In this document: piece after piece, positions 61,497 to 64,000 of the stretch | How positions within the stretch are numbered: the first letter of the stretch is position 1 | Layout of the letters: every line of letters starts with the position of its first letter | Notes under the pieces: model-generated | The model's input: the letters and a program-made list of their open reading frames with translations, nothing else | Databases searched by the model: none | What the model was told of the DNA's origin: nothing | Program-made: the position numbers and the translations under genes | Source of the DNA: a virus | Lineage: Duplodnaviria; Caudoviricetes | Reading direction: 5' to 3' (one strand) | Virus record (IMG/VR): IMGVR_UViG_3300048060_000061 | Coordinates: 39,197 to 103,196 of that record | Length of the DNA stretch: 64,000 nt

Positions 61497-62966
61497 ATGA
61501 TAATATCTCAGTATACTAATTGGCAAGATCAAGCAAAAGCTTGGTTAGAACTTCGCAATCGTGGGATCTTACCAGACTTCATTTGGCCTGAGCAGTATAT
61601 GTCATCAGTGACAAAAAGAGAATTTATACCACAGAATGGGGAGGTAAAGGATTTTATATATAACGATAGGCCAAGATACAATTTATTACGAGGTGGGGAA
61701 GGTGGGGGTAAATCGGCGGCCGGTATCATAAAGACACTGAATCGATTAAGGCGTGGAATGAATGGTGTTTTAGTTTCAACAAACCTTCCGCATTTTAGAA
61801 AATCAATATGGCCTACTTTTAGGGAATGGTGTCCCTGGAATTGTGTTATCAAATCACAGAGGCGCAGACAAGGCGAAGGCTGGTCGCCTAATGGTCAATT
61901 TACGATGGTATTCAAAAATGAAGTCGGTAGTTATTCCGAGTTAATTTGTGGAGGGGCTTCTGAGGAAATGTTAAAAACATGGGAGGGTCCGAATCTCTCG
62001 TTTATTCACATGGACGAAAGCCGAGGATACAGAACACCTGAAGCGCTTAAGATGTTCGATGGCCGAGCCAGGATTTTGGGGCCAGCCGGTGAGCCGCCAC
62101 AAATCTACTTGACAACAACACCTAGCAAACATTGGCTATTTGATTATTTCGCAGGGGCTACGGGCGATGAGGATAGTATACCATTAGTTCCCAAAGATAT
62201 AATGGCCAAGTATGCCGGTTTCAAGCAAGATGCTGCGGTTTTTACTGTTTTGACAAGGGAGAACCCGAACATTGATCCTGAATTTGTCAAGCAGCGCGGG
62301 CAGACATTAAATGAGGCGGAACGGCGGATATTATTACTAGCTGAATGGGAAGAGGAGAGCGATGTTGAGAAATTTGTGCAGATAGTTTGGTGGGATGCTT
62401 GTGCAGAGACGGTCCCTGTAATGACCCGCAGTGAACCAGCTATCATTGCACTTGATGCGGCGACGGGTTCGGAAAATCCAGGCTATACGGCGGACTGTTT
62501 TGCGATGGTTATGGTTACTCGCCATCCTGAACGTAAACAGGATGTAATGGTTAGATATTGTGGAATTTGGATACCTGCGCCAGGACAGCTATTAGACTTT
62601 GCTCCAATAGAACAGGAGCTTAGGCGGCTATGTAGGGAGTTCGCTGTAGTTGAGGTAGCTTTTGATCCTCATCAACTTCACGATATGGCTACCCGGCTTA
62701 AGAATGAACAGATAGCGCATTTTCGGCCTTTTCCGCAACAAAAGGACCGACTACAAGCTGATAAGCAGCTACAGGATTTGATAATGAGTAGGCGTATAGC
62801 TCACGATTCTAATCCCTTACTTCGCCAACAAATAGATAACGCCAATATAAAGAAGCGAGGGGAAAACGGGATAAGAATAGTAAAGCGGAGTACCAGTCAA
62901 AAGGTGGATGCTGCTGTGGCTTTGTCGATGGCTACGTCCCGCTGTCTCTACCTTAATTTAGGGTGA
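61497..62966 (+). CDS. terL: Terminase large subunit
   Basis: Walker A RGGEGGGKS, Walker B HMDES, LTTTP; nuclease motifs ALDAA, FDP and KVDAAVA. Confidence 0.9.
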   Translation: MIISQYTNWQDQAKAWLELRNRGILPDFIWPEQYMSSVTKREFIPQNGEVKDFIYNDRPRYNLLRGGEGGGKSAAGIIKTLNRLRRGMNGVLVSTNLPHFRKSIWPTFREWCPWNCVIKSQRRRQGEGWSPNGQFTMVFKNEVGSYSELICGGASEEMLKTWEGPNLSFIHMDESRGYRTPEALKMFDGRARILGPAGEPPQIYLTTTPSKHWLFDYFAGATGDEDSIPLVPKDIMAKYAGFKQDAAVFTVLTRENPNIDPEFVKQRGQTLNEAERRILLLAEWEEESDVEKFVQIVWWDACAETVPVMTRSEPAIIALDAATGSENPGYTADCFAMVMVTRHPERKQDVMVRYCGIWIPAPGQLLDFAPIEQELRRLCREFAVVEVAFDPHQLHDMATRLKNEQIAHFRPFPQQKDRLQADKQLQDLIMSRRIAHDSNPLLRQQIDNANIKKRGENGIRIVKRSTSQKVDAAVALSMATSRCLYLNLG

Positions 62967-63682
62967 CAAACGCATAATTTAAGATAAAATTGAAATCAAA
63001 AAAAGAGGCCAGCAATTGCCAGCCTCTTTCTTCATGTCGGCGGCTCTACCACCACGCTCCTTACGACCACTCTGGTCAGCCCTGGTTCATCGTCACCTAT
63101 CGCGTATAAACTTTGTTTACTTGGCTAAGATTCTTAGATTTCCCAAGGTATTGCGCCTCTGCCTTTCGGCCCTCCTTTGGGGAGGGGGGAGACCGACAAT
63201 TTACTAGCTATTCCTCTCCTGACTGCCCCGGAGGATTACTGCGATTCTCCGGTTGCTTCCCTGCCGTTTGGCATTTTTGATGTCGCAGTCGGGACTAGCG
63301 GTCAGGAGAGGGGGAAACTGATTATGCTCCTATCAAAGCATCATTAGATAATCCGTTTTTGGTACGGAATTGTCGCCAGCTTGCAAGCTGACTCTTCTTT
63401 AGCTTTTTCAGCGCAGTCAATTGGATCGTAGCATCAAGATTACCATCAAGCTTATGGTTCCATATCGTCAATGTCTTCGGACAAATAGACGATTTGTGCC
63501 TTTCTAAGTTCATTTTCTGCGTGCATAACCTTGCGTTTCATTGTACTTTCTGTTAAAGTCACTCGTTTCTCCTATCTGAATTAATTTAGTTAGTTACCCG
63601 CAATCCGTCTCCTACTGTGAGCGACGGCCTTACCGGGCTTAATCTCACCCCTCAGCCCCCCGTAAGGGGCTAAAGGGTGGGG

Positions 63683-63970
63683 TTAAATTATCTGATACCA
63701 ACCGTTACCGGTTCTACTAAGACGGCTATCACTATAGCGAGCTTCTGTATTTAAGATTGCTCTGATTTGATTTAGTCCGATAGTGGTTTTATTTATTCGA
63801 CGAGTATTACTATCAACTTTCTCTTTAACGTCTGCACCATCTTCTATTAACTGTTGTGCGACATGCTTACAATGGAATATCCCATCAAACTCTTGTGACG
63901 ACACTTCATCCACTGTTTCCAACACTGTCTTTGTATTTATCATCCAGCCATCTTGAGTTCTTATAATCAT
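63683..63970 (-). CDS. Hypothetical early protein (copy 2 of a duplicate)
   Basis: Near-identical to 22800-23087 including flanks. Confidence 0.75.
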   Translation of the reverse strand: MIIRTQDGWMINTKTVLETVDEVSSQEFDGIFHCKHVAQQLIEDGADVKEKVDSNTRRINKTTIGLNQIRAILNTEARYSDSRLSRTGNGWYQII

Positions 63971-64000
63971 TTTCGTTTCTCCTTTTCGCTAGGTCCTGCT

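Noticed and set aside
22757-64000. Terminal repeat or circular overlap
   Set aside because: The duplicate partner is internal (22.8 kb) rather than at the window start, and carries substitutions.
1-64000. Integrase, portal, major capsid, endolysin and host assignment
   Set aside because: Not recognisable in this window; lifestyle and host cannot be called from it.

Overview
64-kb slice of a tailed dsDNA phage genome larger than this window; portal and capsid genes are not present here. The + strand carries a tail morphogenesis region (1447-22146), interrupted twice by minus-strand accessory cassettes and preceded by a third; each is followed by the same promoter-leader-terminator element. 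Next come minus-strand early/replication genes (exonucleases, FtsK-like ATPase, dcd, helicase, primase, iteron-bearing initiator), a RecT-like annealase, four DNA methyltransferases, five pentapeptide-repeat paralogs, an ArdC-like gene and terS/terL. The most notable content is two RNA-guided loci with no cas1/cas2/Cascade genes in the window. (1) An intact-RuvC TnpB/Cas12-type nuclease (14274-15653) is followed by a CRISPR array that appears to sit inside the loop of the terminal hairpin of its own omegaRNA-like scaffold; the terminal guide position holds a 37-nt exact copy of the phage's tRNA-Leu. (2) An effector-less locus (49062-50145) has two covarying copies of a Cas12f-tracrRNA-like scaffold, one heading a type I-E-like repeat array and one fused to a half-repeat plus a single guide. 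All family assignments come from motif recognition by eye; no database search was run.
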